A program made the position numbers and the translations under genes. Of a DNA stretch of 64,000 nucleotides, positions 20,009 to 28,477 are shown piece by piece; position 1 is the first letter of the stretch, and each line of letters opens with the position of its first letter. The notes beneath the pieces were generated by a model that was not told the DNA's origin, ran no database searches, and was given only the letters and a program-made list of their open reading frames with translations. This DNA is from Bdellovibrionota bacterium (GTDB lineage Bacteria > Bdellovibrionota_C > UBA2361 > CAKMMH01): the NCBI GenBank assembly GCA_050952645.1, contig JBMNLI010000017.1, positions 256,001 through 320,000 on the forward strand. Reading direction: 5' to 3'.

Positions 20009-20374
20009 ATGATTATTATAACCGACGATACGTTAAAAAAACTTTCCGCTTCACTAGATGAGTTAGCTTTCGCCGTTATTAGTGCTAAAGAGTATTTACG
20101 AGCTACTGAGCCTAAAAGTAAAATTCTACCAAGAATAGAATATTATGAAGAAATAGTAAATAAACAACGAGAACTAGCTATCACCTTAAGTGAAAAGGCA
20201 AAAACTAACGAACAAGAATCTATAGCAAGAATAATAGTAATTATAAACGAACTTTCTTATATGTTTAAACAGGACGTCCAAGAAATTTTATCATCTCCAG
20301 CTTTAAATCCAAAATTAAGGGAAACATCAAAAAATTGTGAAAAACAAACTTTCTCAAAAGAACAAATTTGCTAA
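20009..20374 (+). CDS. Hypothetical helical protein
   Basis: 121-aa ORF with AGGAAG SD; overlaps the next gene. Confidence 0.6.
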   Translation: MIIITDDTLKKLSASLDELAFAVISAKEYLRATEPKSKILPRIEYYEEIVNKQRELAITLSEKAKTNEQESIARIIVIINELSYMFKQDVQEILSSPALNPKLRETSKNCEKQTFSKEQIC

Positions 20375-21464
20375 AAGTAAAGGCGTAGCACTACTACTAA
20401 CTACATTTATCATAGCTTTAGTAGCGATCTTAATCGTAAACTTAAGCTATTCTACGATGATAACCTCTCAGCAAAATACTAACCTTACTAGAGCTACACA
20501 AGCAGAATATCTCTTAAAATCGGCAGAATCGCTAGCAATAGTTCTTTTAAATAACGATGCAAACTCATACGATGCAAAACATTTCGATTTATCAACCTCT
20601 CTTAGCGATGCTCAAGCTATCTTTGCAACCCCTCAAGATGTTTCAAACTTTTTAGAAATTCCAATAGATGGCGTAAAAATAAGTATGCAACTAGTGCCTT
20701 GTAATGCATACTTAAATTTTTCTAATTTAGATAGAGATATAAAAAGACAGCAAATTTTAACTACCCTTTTTGACGCTCTAATGCTTGAAAATATCGAGGG
20801 AGAGTTCACATCGGAGCTATTACAAAACTCTAATAATACTAACGAACAATTAGTCGCTAATATTGCAGATTATTTAGACGCAGGAAATGAAGATTGTGAA
20901 AATTGCGTCGCTAAAGGTATAGAAAGCCAAATCCATGATAAAAACATAAGAAAGTTATGGGACTCGGGAACTATTACAAACTTTGGCGTTTTATACACAC
21001 TACCTAGATTTAATATGAATAAAGTAAATGCAATAGCACCTTATTTTTGCATCAACCCTACTGCCAACTCTAGAGAATATAATTTAAACTTAAATTACGT
21101 ATCCACAGAACTTTTAAACGTTCTTGCAGAATATGCTTCTAAATACCAAAGTGCAAATATCGATGTAAATGCCATTATCTCTAGACAAAATGAAGACGTG
21201 CCATTTACATCACCTAACGATATAATGCAATTCTTTTCACAATTAGGAATAGAGGCAGATAAGGTTTTCTCAAATAATTTTTTTACTACTAGTAGCCACT
21301 ACTGGGAGCTTATAGCCTCAGTGTCGATTGGGAATTCCACATCTAGGGTGCGCTCTATCATTCAAAAAGGCGCTATCAGACCAAACCAAGACCAAAACCA
21401 AAATCAAGACCAAAAGCAAAATCAAAATGGCGCTCGAGTTATAGATAGAGAACTAATTTTTTAA
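20337..21464 (+). CDS. gspK: Type II secretion minor pseudopilin GspK-like protein
   Basis: Class III signal KG|VALLLTT with hydrophobic stretch; IADYLD, LNLN and FTTSSHYW patterns typical of GspK. Confidence 0.8.
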   Translation: MKNKLSQKNKFAKSKGVALLLTTFIIALVAILIVNLSYSTMITSQQNTNLTRATQAEYLLKSAESLAIVLLNNDANSYDAKHFDLSTSLSDAQAIFATPQDVSNFLEIPIDGVKISMQLVPCNAYLNFSNLDRDIKRQQILTTLFDALMLENIEGEFTSELLQNSNNTNEQLVANIADYLDAGNEDCENCVAKGIESQIHDKNIRKLWDSGTITNFGVLYTLPRFNMNKVNAIAPYFCINPTANSREYNLNLNYVSTELLNVLAEYASKYQSANIDVNAIISRQNEDVPFTSPNDIMQFFSQLGIEADKVFSNNFFTTSSHYWELIASVSIGNSTSRVRSIIQKGAIRPNQDQNQNQDQKQNQNGARVIDRELIF

Positions 21465-21564
21465 ACACTCTTTTAAGCTTAAGCATCTAGATGTTTTTTT
21501 AGATATTTTTTGCACCACTTTAAATTAAAATCTTAAAATTAAAATCTTTTATTATAAAACCTTA

Positions 21565-21885
21565 TTATTTCTTTACATATTTAGCTAAAATTTCATCTAT
21601 CTGCGGATTGCCCTCTAAAATTGTATTTGCTAACTCTAGAAAATCTTTATCATTAGCTAATTCCTCTTTCTTAGCTACAACATTTACTATATACGCTTTA
21701 ACCTCATCTAAAGAACAAAACTCATTTGTTTTTAAATCCTCTATCTCACGCTTCCACGTATCGGCTAAAGAAATTTTGCTTTCTACATTTTGTGAACCTT
21801 TTAAAAGATTTTCATTAGTTAAGATTTTTGCTTTCTTTTTTGTTTTTTCTAATTCTTTTACTTTTAAATTATTTTTATTTTTCAT
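21565..21885 (-). CDS. Hypothetical protein, last gene of the T3SS-like operon
   Basis: 106-aa ORF co-oriented with, and 35 nt after, the TPR lipoprotein gene. Confidence 0.65.
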   Translation of the reverse strand: MKNKNNLKVKELEKTKKKAKILTNENLLKGSQNVESKISLADTWKREIEDLKTNEFCSLDEVKAYIVNVVAKKEELANDKDFLELANTILEGNPQIDEILAKYVKK

Positions 21886-21919
21886 ATTCTAAACCCCTTA
21901 AAAAAATATTTTATTATCC

Positions 21920-22936
21920 TTAAAACTTAAAATCATCAATATCAAACTCCTTCGCTTCATTATTCGCTTCATTTTTAATATTGATCACTTTATCGCTACT
22001 AAATTCTTTTTTATTTTTTGCTTTATCTTCTTTATCGTTTTTTATCTCTTTTTCATTTTCTTTATCATTTTCTTTATCACTTTCTCTATCATTTTCTTTT
22101 TTCTTTTCTTTTATATTTTCTTTTATATTTTCTTTTGCATTTTTTATTTTATTTTTTTTGCTTTCTTTTCTTTTTTGTTTGTTCACATCTTTCCCTTTAA
22201 GAAGACTAGCATCAACATTCCCCCTATCTTCCTTAGTCTCTAATGCACTTTTATTATGCACTTTAGAGCTAACATTGCTAGTAGTAAGCTTTAGTTTTTT
22301 AGCATCATTTTTCAAAATCTTTTTACTTTTTATATCTTTATCTTTATTAACATCACTAACACCACTCTTATTAACACCTTCCTTATTAACACCTCCCTTA
22401 TTAAAAGCTTTAACCTTTTTAATATTGTCGATAATAATATCATCTTTTTTAAGAGTGCTAGCTTTTTGAAGCTCGTCTAAAGCTTGGCTTTGTCCCTCTT
22501 TAGTATTATCGAATAAAAGCCCAGCAAAATTGTTCCTATCACGATAATTTTCTGGCTTTCTTTCTATAACAAACTTATAAATGTTTTTAGACTCTTCTTT
22601 TAAACCTAACACATCGTAAAGAAGTGCTAAATTTGATAAAGCCCTTAAATAATTTTTATCCTCTTCATAAGATTTTATAAAATACTCCTCAGCAAGCTTA
22701 TAATCTTTTTGGTAAAATGCTACGCAACCTAACCCATCATACCCCTCAGGGATAGTAGCCACTTCGAGCGATAAATTAAAGCCAGCTCTCGCTTGTTCAT
22801 AATTTCCTTGCATCAAATCTTTCGTAGCTCTATCTGCATACTCTCTTGCGAGCATAAGCTTTTCTCTACTCTTTTCATAAGAGCAGGAAGCTAAAAATAA
22901 AATATTTAAAATTAATAATATTTTTACTATTCTCAT
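21920..22936 (-). CDS. TPR lipoprotein with charged low-complexity tail
   Basis: Lipobox LASC, TPR repeats (GYDGLGCV.., ALSNLALLY.., RNNFAGLL) and a Lys/Glu-rich tail; start overlaps the sctV stop. Confidence 0.8.
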   Translation of the reverse strand: MRIVKILLILNILFLASCSYEKSREKLMLAREYADRATKDLMQGNYEQARAGFNLSLEVATIPEGYDGLGCVAFYQKDYKLAEEYFIKSYEEDKNYLRALSNLALLYDVLGLKEESKNIYKFVIERKPENYRDRNNFAGLLFDNTKEGQSQALDELQKASTLKKDDIIIDNIKKVKAFNKGGVNKEGVNKSGVSDVNKDKDIKSKKILKNDAKKLKLTTSNVSSKVHNKSALETKEDRGNVDASLLKGKDVNKQKRKESKKNKIKNAKENIKENIKEKKKENDRESDKENDKENEKEIKNDKEDKAKNKKEFSSDKVINIKNEANNEAKEFDIDDFKF

Positions 22937-24759
22937 GCAGCCTCTTTTAGTTGTAATTTAACTATGGTTCCACACACTTGTAATTTTACATCTTTTATTA
23001 TCTCTTCATGTGCAAGCACTGGAATATTTATGTTTTGTAAAGTTATAAAATCGAAAACACCTAGTCTTGCGTCTTTAGATGTTAAAAGCACTTTTCCCTC
23101 TACGTCTACTCCATCAAAAAACCTTACTATACTATTAAAACTTTCATCTGAAACTATATCTATCTCCTTTGCGGCTTTCATAAACTCTAAATCGATAACT
23201 GGGTCTAATAAGATTACATTTAGCTTAAAATCGCTACTAGCATATTTTAAACTAATCACTCTTTTTAAACTCTCACGAACGTTAGCAATTAGAGATTGTT
23301 TATTGATGTTATCTTTATCGAGTTCCGCAACGCCCTGAAGAATCATATCAAAATGCTTAATACTGATATCTTCCTCGATTAAACTTTTTAAAACTAACGT
23401 TAATTTAGTAACGCTTATTATATCTGGCACTACCCTATTTACTAAATCTTGATAAGTGCTTTCGTAAAAATCTAATAATTTTTTAGTTTCATTATCATCT
23501 ATAAACTCTAATATATTATTATCTAGCACTTTTTTTAGAGCATCTACAAACCTTACACCGCCATCTTTTAGATCAAAGTCTTTTTCTACATTAACATTAA
23601 GCCCTTTTATTTTTACTTCAAATTTTTCTACGCTATCATCAGTCTTTATTTCTGGAGTGCTTAATATGATTCCCCATTTTTCAAAAGCGTATTTTCTAAA
23701 CTCCTCTATACGTAGTTTTAATAAATTTATATTGTGAAGCTCTTTTAAATACGACGTATTAAATACTATTAAAAGTGTTGGCTCTATTCTTGGAATATAA
23801 TTTACCACCTCGTGTGATACGCTTTCTATTTGAGATTTTTGATTAGATGCTAAAAAACTCAAAAAGAAGAACGCCCCTATTAGCAAAAAAGGCACCGCAG
23901 GCATTCCAGGAATTAGTGCAAGTAGAAGTGAGATTATACTAATTATTATTTTTGGTTCCTTTAGTTGTCCTAATTGTTCTGGAATTTGGCTAGCTAAAGA
24001 CGATTTATCATCCGATACTCTCGTGATAATCATTCCAGCAGCTAACGAGTTTAAGAAAGCTGGAATTTGTGCTAGTAGTCCATCACCGATAGTTAAGAGA
24101 GTATACTTAGAAATAGCAGACTGAATATCCATATGATTTATAAAGATACCTACCGCTAAACCTCCTATAATATTTATAGCCGTTATTATAAGTCCCGCTA
24201 TCGCATCTCCTTTTACAAACTTCATCGCTCCATCTAGTGCACCATAGAACCTAGACTCGGTTTGCAACTCTTCTCTTTTTTCTTTTGCCGTTTTAAAATC
24301 GATAAGCCCAGAGCGAACGTCTGCATCGATAGACATTTGTTTCCCTGGCATAGCATCTAGCGTAAACCTAGCCGATACCTCTGCAACCCTTTCAGAACCT
24401 TTTGCTATTACTATAAATTGAACTAATGTGATAATTAAAAATACTACTATTCCTACGACTAAGTTTCCTTGTATAACGACCTTTCCAAAAGCTTCAATAG
24501 TTTTACTAATAGTGTTAGACCCTAAGATCATTCTTGTAGTCGATACATTTAACGCAAGTCTAAATAACGTTGCTAAAAGTAAAATCGTTGGAAGAGAACT
24601 TAATTTTATTGGCTTAGTAATATACAATGCGCTAACTAGTAAAAGTAATGATAAAATCAAATTAGTCACTAGCAATATATCTAAAACGCCTGATGGTAAT
24701 GGAAAAAGCATACTTGCAAACATGGCAAGTACGCTTATTGGCAAAATTAAATTTTTCAT
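22933..24759 (-). CDS. sctV: Type III export gate SctV/FlhA family (shortened)
   Basis: FHIPEP signature KGSERVAEVSARFTLDAMPGKQMSIDAD, plus FYGALDGAMKFVKGDAIAG and LTIGDGL; 608 aa. Confidence 0.92.
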   Translation of the reverse strand: MKNLILPISVLAMFASMLFPLPSGVLDILLVTNLILSLLLLVSALYITKPIKLSSLPTILLLATLFRLALNVSTTRMILGSNTISKTIEAFGKVVIQGNLVVGIVVFLIITLVQFIVIAKGSERVAEVSARFTLDAMPGKQMSIDADVRSGLIDFKTAKEKREELQTESRFYGALDGAMKFVKGDAIAGLIITAINIIGGLAVGIFINHMDIQSAISKYTLLTIGDGLLAQIPAFLNSLAAGMIITRVSDDKSSLASQIPEQLGQLKEPKIIISIISLLLALIPGMPAVPFLLIGAFFFLSFLASNQKSQIESVSHEVVNYIPRIEPTLLIVFNTSYLKELHNINLLKLRIEEFRKYAFEKWGIILSTPEIKTDDSVEKFEVKIKGLNVNVEKDFDLKDGGVRFVDALKKVLDNNILEFIDDNETKKLLDFYESTYQDLVNRVVPDIISVTKLTLVLKSLIEEDISIKHFDMILQGVAELDKDNINKQSLIANVRESLKRVISLKYASSDFKLNVILLDPVIDLEFMKAAKEIDIVSDESFNSIVRFFDGVDVEGKVLLTSKDARLGVFDFITLQNINIPVLAHEEIIKDVKLQVCGTIVKLQLKEAA

Positions 24760-24775
24760 AAAGCTAAATCATAAA

Positions 24776-25108
24776 TTACGCAGTTCTAACATTTCTAATT
24801 GCAGACATTTTGGTTTCATGCTCCGATTTAATAATATTAGAAGTTAAGGTTACTTTCTGCATTTGTTGTTGCCAATAAATTTGAAGACCAATCATATTTT
24901 GAAACTCAGATTGCATACCAAAAACCGAACCTGCAACGCCCCCTACGGTAGCTAACGTATCACCAACTGCGCCTAGCACATCTGAAAACCCCGAGCTACT
25001 TTCAGTTTCTGGAACGGGTGTATATCTTGTAAGACCTGATGCGTCAAAATTATCGTAATTAAAGCTTTCTGTTTGTGGTGTTAATGCTTTGTTTATAGTA
25101 TTAGACAT
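24776..25108 (-). CDS. Putative T3SS needle/filament subunit (SctF-like)
   Basis: C-terminus LQ..WQQQMQKVTLTSNIIKSEHETKMSAIRNVR resembles the SctF C-terminal helix (SN..K...D....II.N.R); lies between sctQ and sctV. Confidence 0.55.
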   Translation of the reverse strand: MSNTINKALTPQTESFNYDNFDASGLTRYTPVPETESSSGFSDVLGAVGDTLATVGGVAGSVFGMQSEFQNMIGLQIYWQQQMQKVTLTSNIIKSEHETKMSAIRNVRTA

Positions 25109-25211
25109 AAGATTTCTCCCGAAAAAATATTTTTGCTTTTTAAAAAGATATTTTTACATAAGATGTTTTCTTATATAAAAACACTCTAATAGAAATATTC
25201 GAGAGAAATTT

Positions 25212-26111
25212 TTAAAAGTTGCAAGAATTAACTAAAAAACTTATATTTTTTTCATCGAACGTCAATTCTCCAGAAAGAACATCTTTTGAGCCTATTTTTA
25301 ATATCGCATTTATCTTTTCATCTCTATCTAAAATAATCTTATCTCCCTCTTTTAATGCGACTAGCGACTTAAGGTCGATATCGATAGAACCTATATAAAG
25401 TGTAGCCTTTACCTCTATATTATCAGCTTTATTATTATCAGCTTTAGTATTATCAGCTTTATTATAGTCTTTAGTAGTATTTTCATTTTCCATAAGTTCA
25501 CCCTCGTTATTTATTACTGTAAAAATAAGCTTATCATCAGTTATTTCTAAATTGCTAAGTGCAAGCTCTCTTTCTAAGAAAGGAGCTTTAAGAGTAGATG
25601 TGTTAGCTAAAGTTAAGTTTAAAATATTTTTTGAAACCTTCTTTATATTAGTAGCTAGCAGTGTAGGATATATCGAAACGGAGATACTTTTATTTTCAGC
25701 ATTATATTTCTTAAATATATCTACAAGATTATCTTCTAAAAACTCTTTTTTAATACTCGATATATCGTAAGGAGTGCTAAAATAAATTTTCCTATCTTTA
25801 AAAATGCATTCTTCTTCAAATACTGGGAAAACGCTAGCAAAATCTGGTATTCTTTTTATCGATAAATTGTTTTTATCGAAAACTCTTAAAGCATCAAAAA
25901 TTTTTATTTCATCATTAGTTAAAATTTCATCACTAAAACTTATAGAAAAATAGTATTCATTTAACTTAAACACCGCTCTTTGTCTTCTTATATCGAAAGA
26001 GACTTGCTTATTAGAAAACTCTACATTACTAGATAATAAAACATCTAGTAGGCTTTTTATAAAGTTTCGTTCCTCTTTTTTTATATATCCAAAATCAAAC
26101 TTTGCTTTCAT
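25212..26111 (-). CDS. SctQ/FliM-FliN family (C-terminal SpoA domain)
   Basis: C-terminal IGSIDIDLKSLVALKEGDKIIL...VLSGEL SpoA pattern; operon context. Confidence 0.75.
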   Translation of the reverse strand: MKAKFDFGYIKKEERNFIKSLLDVLLSSNVEFSNKQVSFDIRRQRAVFKLNEYYFSISFSDEILTNDEIKIFDALRVFDKNNLSIKRIPDFASVFPVFEEECIFKDRKIYFSTPYDISSIKKEFLEDNLVDIFKKYNAENKSISVSIYPTLLATNIKKVSKNILNLTLANTSTLKAPFLERELALSNLEITDDKLIFTVINNEGELMENENTTKDYNKADNTKADNNKADNIEVKATLYIGSIDIDLKSLVALKEGDKIILDRDEKINAILKIGSKDVLSGELTFDEKNISFLVNSCNF

Positions 26112-26144
26112 ATATTTGCTTTATATTCCATTTTACGTTTTTCT

Positions 26145-26324
26145 TTAAGAAAATATTACGGTATCTATTTTAATTTCTCTTTTTAAAAAATCTTGTAGCT
26201 CAGTAATATCTCTTAGCCACGCTTTAATTTTAGATAACGTTTTCTCGTCGTAAAAACACTCGTAATCATCTATTTTTAAAGAGTAAATCAGTTTTGCTTG
26301 TTTAAGATACCATATGTCTTCCAT
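26145..26324 (-). CDS. Small 59-aa ORF between sctJ and sctQ (not in ORF track)
   Basis: Hand translation MEDIWYLKQAKLIYSLKIDDYECFYDEKTLSKIKAWLRDITELQDFLKREIKIDTVIFS; fills the operon gap. Confidence 0.5.
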   Translation of the reverse strand: MEDIWYLKQAKLIYSLKIDDYECFYDEKTLSKIKAWLRDITELQDFLKREIKIDTVIFS

Positions 26325-26347
26325 TAGTTATGTCTTTCTATTAGTTA

Positions 26348-27214
26348 TTACTTACCTATAATCGATACAGTTTTTATTAAGTCTAATTTTTTATTATTCT
26401 TATATTTTTTTATATTTTTTATTATTACCAAACTTAATGCGACACCTAAAATAAGATAAAAATAATAATAATTATTTTTGATAAAACCTAAAACGCCACT
26501 ATGCCTGCTACCGTTTATTGTAGCTTTAGAACTTTCTAATATGCCGCTATTAGCTACTAATATGTTATTTTCAGAATTATTCTTTTTATCACCTAAAACA
26601 TTTATTTTTGAGATAACTATCGATACATCTTTTGCATCTATTCCAGAAGCTCCACTTATTATTGATTTTATTTTTTCTTCATCGAACTTCTCTTTATCGC
26701 TAACTACCATTAAAACGCTAGCACTAGTTTTTTCCTTATCATCTTTTTTTAAGCTAAGGATATCGTTTTTTTTAATATTTAAATGAACTCTAGCATCGAA
26801 CACGCCACTTAACGTTAGGAGAGTTTTCTCGAGTTCTGCCGACAAGACTCTTTCATAATAAAAATTCTTTTCTTGATTAGAGCCGAGCACCGATGAGGTT
26901 TCTTTAATATTAGAAGTGTTATCTTTTAGCAACCTTTTAGAGTCTAGAAGAGAAATGGCGTTTATTAAATCTTTTTTTTCTACTAGGAGCGTCCATTTAG
27001 CATCTGCTTGGAGTTCTTTTTTTGCTTCGATGCCTTCGCTATTTAATATGCCTATTAGTCTATTTACTTGAATTTCGCTTAAGTTATGAAGTAGTGCCTC
27101 TTTACACCCCATAAGAAAGCAGAGCGAACATAATAAAAATTTACATATTACATTAAAATAAAAACTATTATTTTTCATGTTTTTTTTCGTGTTCTTTTTC
27201 ACGTTCTTTTTCAT
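26348..27214 (-). CDS. sctJ: T3SS inner-membrane ring lipoprotein SctJ (YscJ/PrgK family)
   Basis: Lipobox LMGC then L-HNLSE-QVN..I-A-K, LEKTL..LSGVFDARVHL, SASV and a single C-terminal TM helix; far shorter than FliF. True start is possibly 27178. Confidence 0.88.
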   Translation of the reverse strand: MKKNVKKNTKKNMKNNSFYFNVICKFLLCSLCFLMGCKEALLHNLSEIQVNRLIGILNSEGIEAKKELQADAKWTLLVEKKDLINAISLLDSKRLLKDNTSNIKETSSVLGSNQEKNFYYERVLSAELEKTLLTLSGVFDARVHLNIKKNDILSLKKDDKEKTSASVLMVVSDKEKFDEEKIKSIISGASGIDAKDVSIVISKINVLGDKKNNSENNILVANSGILESSKATINGSRHSGVLGFIKNNYYYFYLILGVALSLVIIKNIKKYKNNKKLDLIKTVSIIGK

Positions 27215-27884
27215 CTTTAAGAATCTCCTGTAAATTACTTAATGCTTTTATGTGTATTCTCGTTATCGATGAGCGAGAATAAGATTTATAACTTTTTGCA
27301 ATATCTACAAAAGTTTTATCTTTAAAGTAGTGTTCTTTAATGATATGCCTTTCATCCTCGGATAACTTGTCGATAGCTTTCTCGAGAATTTGTCTTTGTT
27401 CTAATCTTAAATAATGGTTTTCAGGCGATTGGTCTTCGCTATCTGAAATTCTATCTTCTATAAGCTCATTAGTACCTAATTTAAAAACTAGTGCTCCTTT
27501 TGATACTAAATCAAAAACTTTTGCTATTTTCTCATCTTCTTTATCCTCAGGCTCGATGCTCAGCACTTTCTCTTCAAAATCCACGACGCTAGTGTAGGCT
27601 TTAGCAACCTTTGCATATCTATTAGTAGTTTGCGTGTCTTTTCTAAATGCGTCTATTATGGCTCCTCTTATTCTATAAAATGCAAAATTTTTAAAAGGAA
27701 CGCTATCTTTACCTTGCTTATATTTTGTTGCGGCTTCGATAAGCCCTACGTATGCAGAAGATTTTGCCTCTTCTATCTTTTCTTTATTTAATTTATATTT
27801 TTTAGCTACTTGGTATGCAACGCAATGTGCAAACTCTAAATTTGCTTCTACTATCTCATTAATGGTCATTATATTGTTAGACAT
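27168..27884 (-). CDS. FliA/WhiG-like sigma-70 family sigma factor
   Basis: GLIEAA.KY, F..FA.YRIRGAIIDAFR, and region 4 LSEDER..I...YFKDKTF.DIA.....SRSSITRIH.KAL. Confidence 0.88.
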   Translation of the reverse strand: MSNNIMTINEIVEANLEFAHCVAYQVAKKYKLNKEKIEEAKSSAYVGLIEAATKYKQGKDSVPFKNFAFYRIRGAIIDAFRKDTQTTNRYAKVAKAYTSVVDFEEKVLSIEPEDKEDEKIAKVFDLVSKGALVFKLGTNELIEDRISDSEDQSPENHYLRLEQRQILEKAIDKLSEDERHIIKEHYFKDKTFVDIAKSYKSYSRSSITRIHIKALSNLQEILKDEKEREKEHEKKHEK

Positions 27885-28287
27885 AATTATCTCTATTTTA
27901 TTTTTTATTTGTTATTTATATTCTCAAATTTTAAGCTTATACTTTTAAGCTTACATCTTAAGTTTGTATTTTAAAAATTATATTTTATAATTTATATTTA
28001 ATCTTTTTATTTAATCTTTAAGAAAAACGCTACAAAAACAACTTAAAAAAACAATATAAAAAAACTCTCTATAAGTTAGTCGAAAGTTTATTTTAAAAAT
28101 TTCAAAAATTTTCATATTTTATAAAAATTTTCAGTATTTTCTTTTACAATTAACTATTTTAACTTTGTTTCTGTATAATTTCACTAGGTTATATTATAAG
28201 AAGCCTTTTTGCGAGATTAAGAAAGAGTTAAGAACAAACTAAGAATATTTAGCTTAAGAGTATTTAAGGTAAAAGTTTAGGGTAAAG

Positions 28288-28397
28288 AACTACATTAGAA
28301 CTACAATAAAACTACAATAAAACTACAATGGAACTACATTTAAACTACAATAAAACTACAATGGAACTACATTTAAACTACATTTAAACTACATTGA
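28288..28397. repeat. Tandem array of ten 11-bp units AACTACA(A/T)T(A/G/T)(A/G)
   Basis: Units counted directly: aactacattag, aactacaataa x2, aactacaatgg, aactacattta, aactacaataa, aactacaatgg, aactacattta x2, aactacattga. Confidence 0.9.
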
Positions 28398-28421
28398 AAA
28401 AAAGTGCAATTGATATATAAT
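28394..28421 (+). promoter_or_regulatory. Candidate sigma70 promoter of glnS
   Basis: TTGAAA-N16-TATAAT. Confidence 0.5.
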
Positions 28422-28477
28422 TTTACTTTATAAGTTAAAAACAATTTTATCATTTTGGAAAAAATAAAAGGGTTTAT

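Noticed and set aside
26348..27214. Flagellar MS-ring FliF
   Set aside because: It is only about 280 aa, with a lipobox and one C-terminal TM helix, and lacks the FliF C-terminal ring domain. This fits SctJ.
28288..28397. CRISPR array
   Set aside because: The units are 11 bp and contiguous with no unique spacers, and there are no cas genes.
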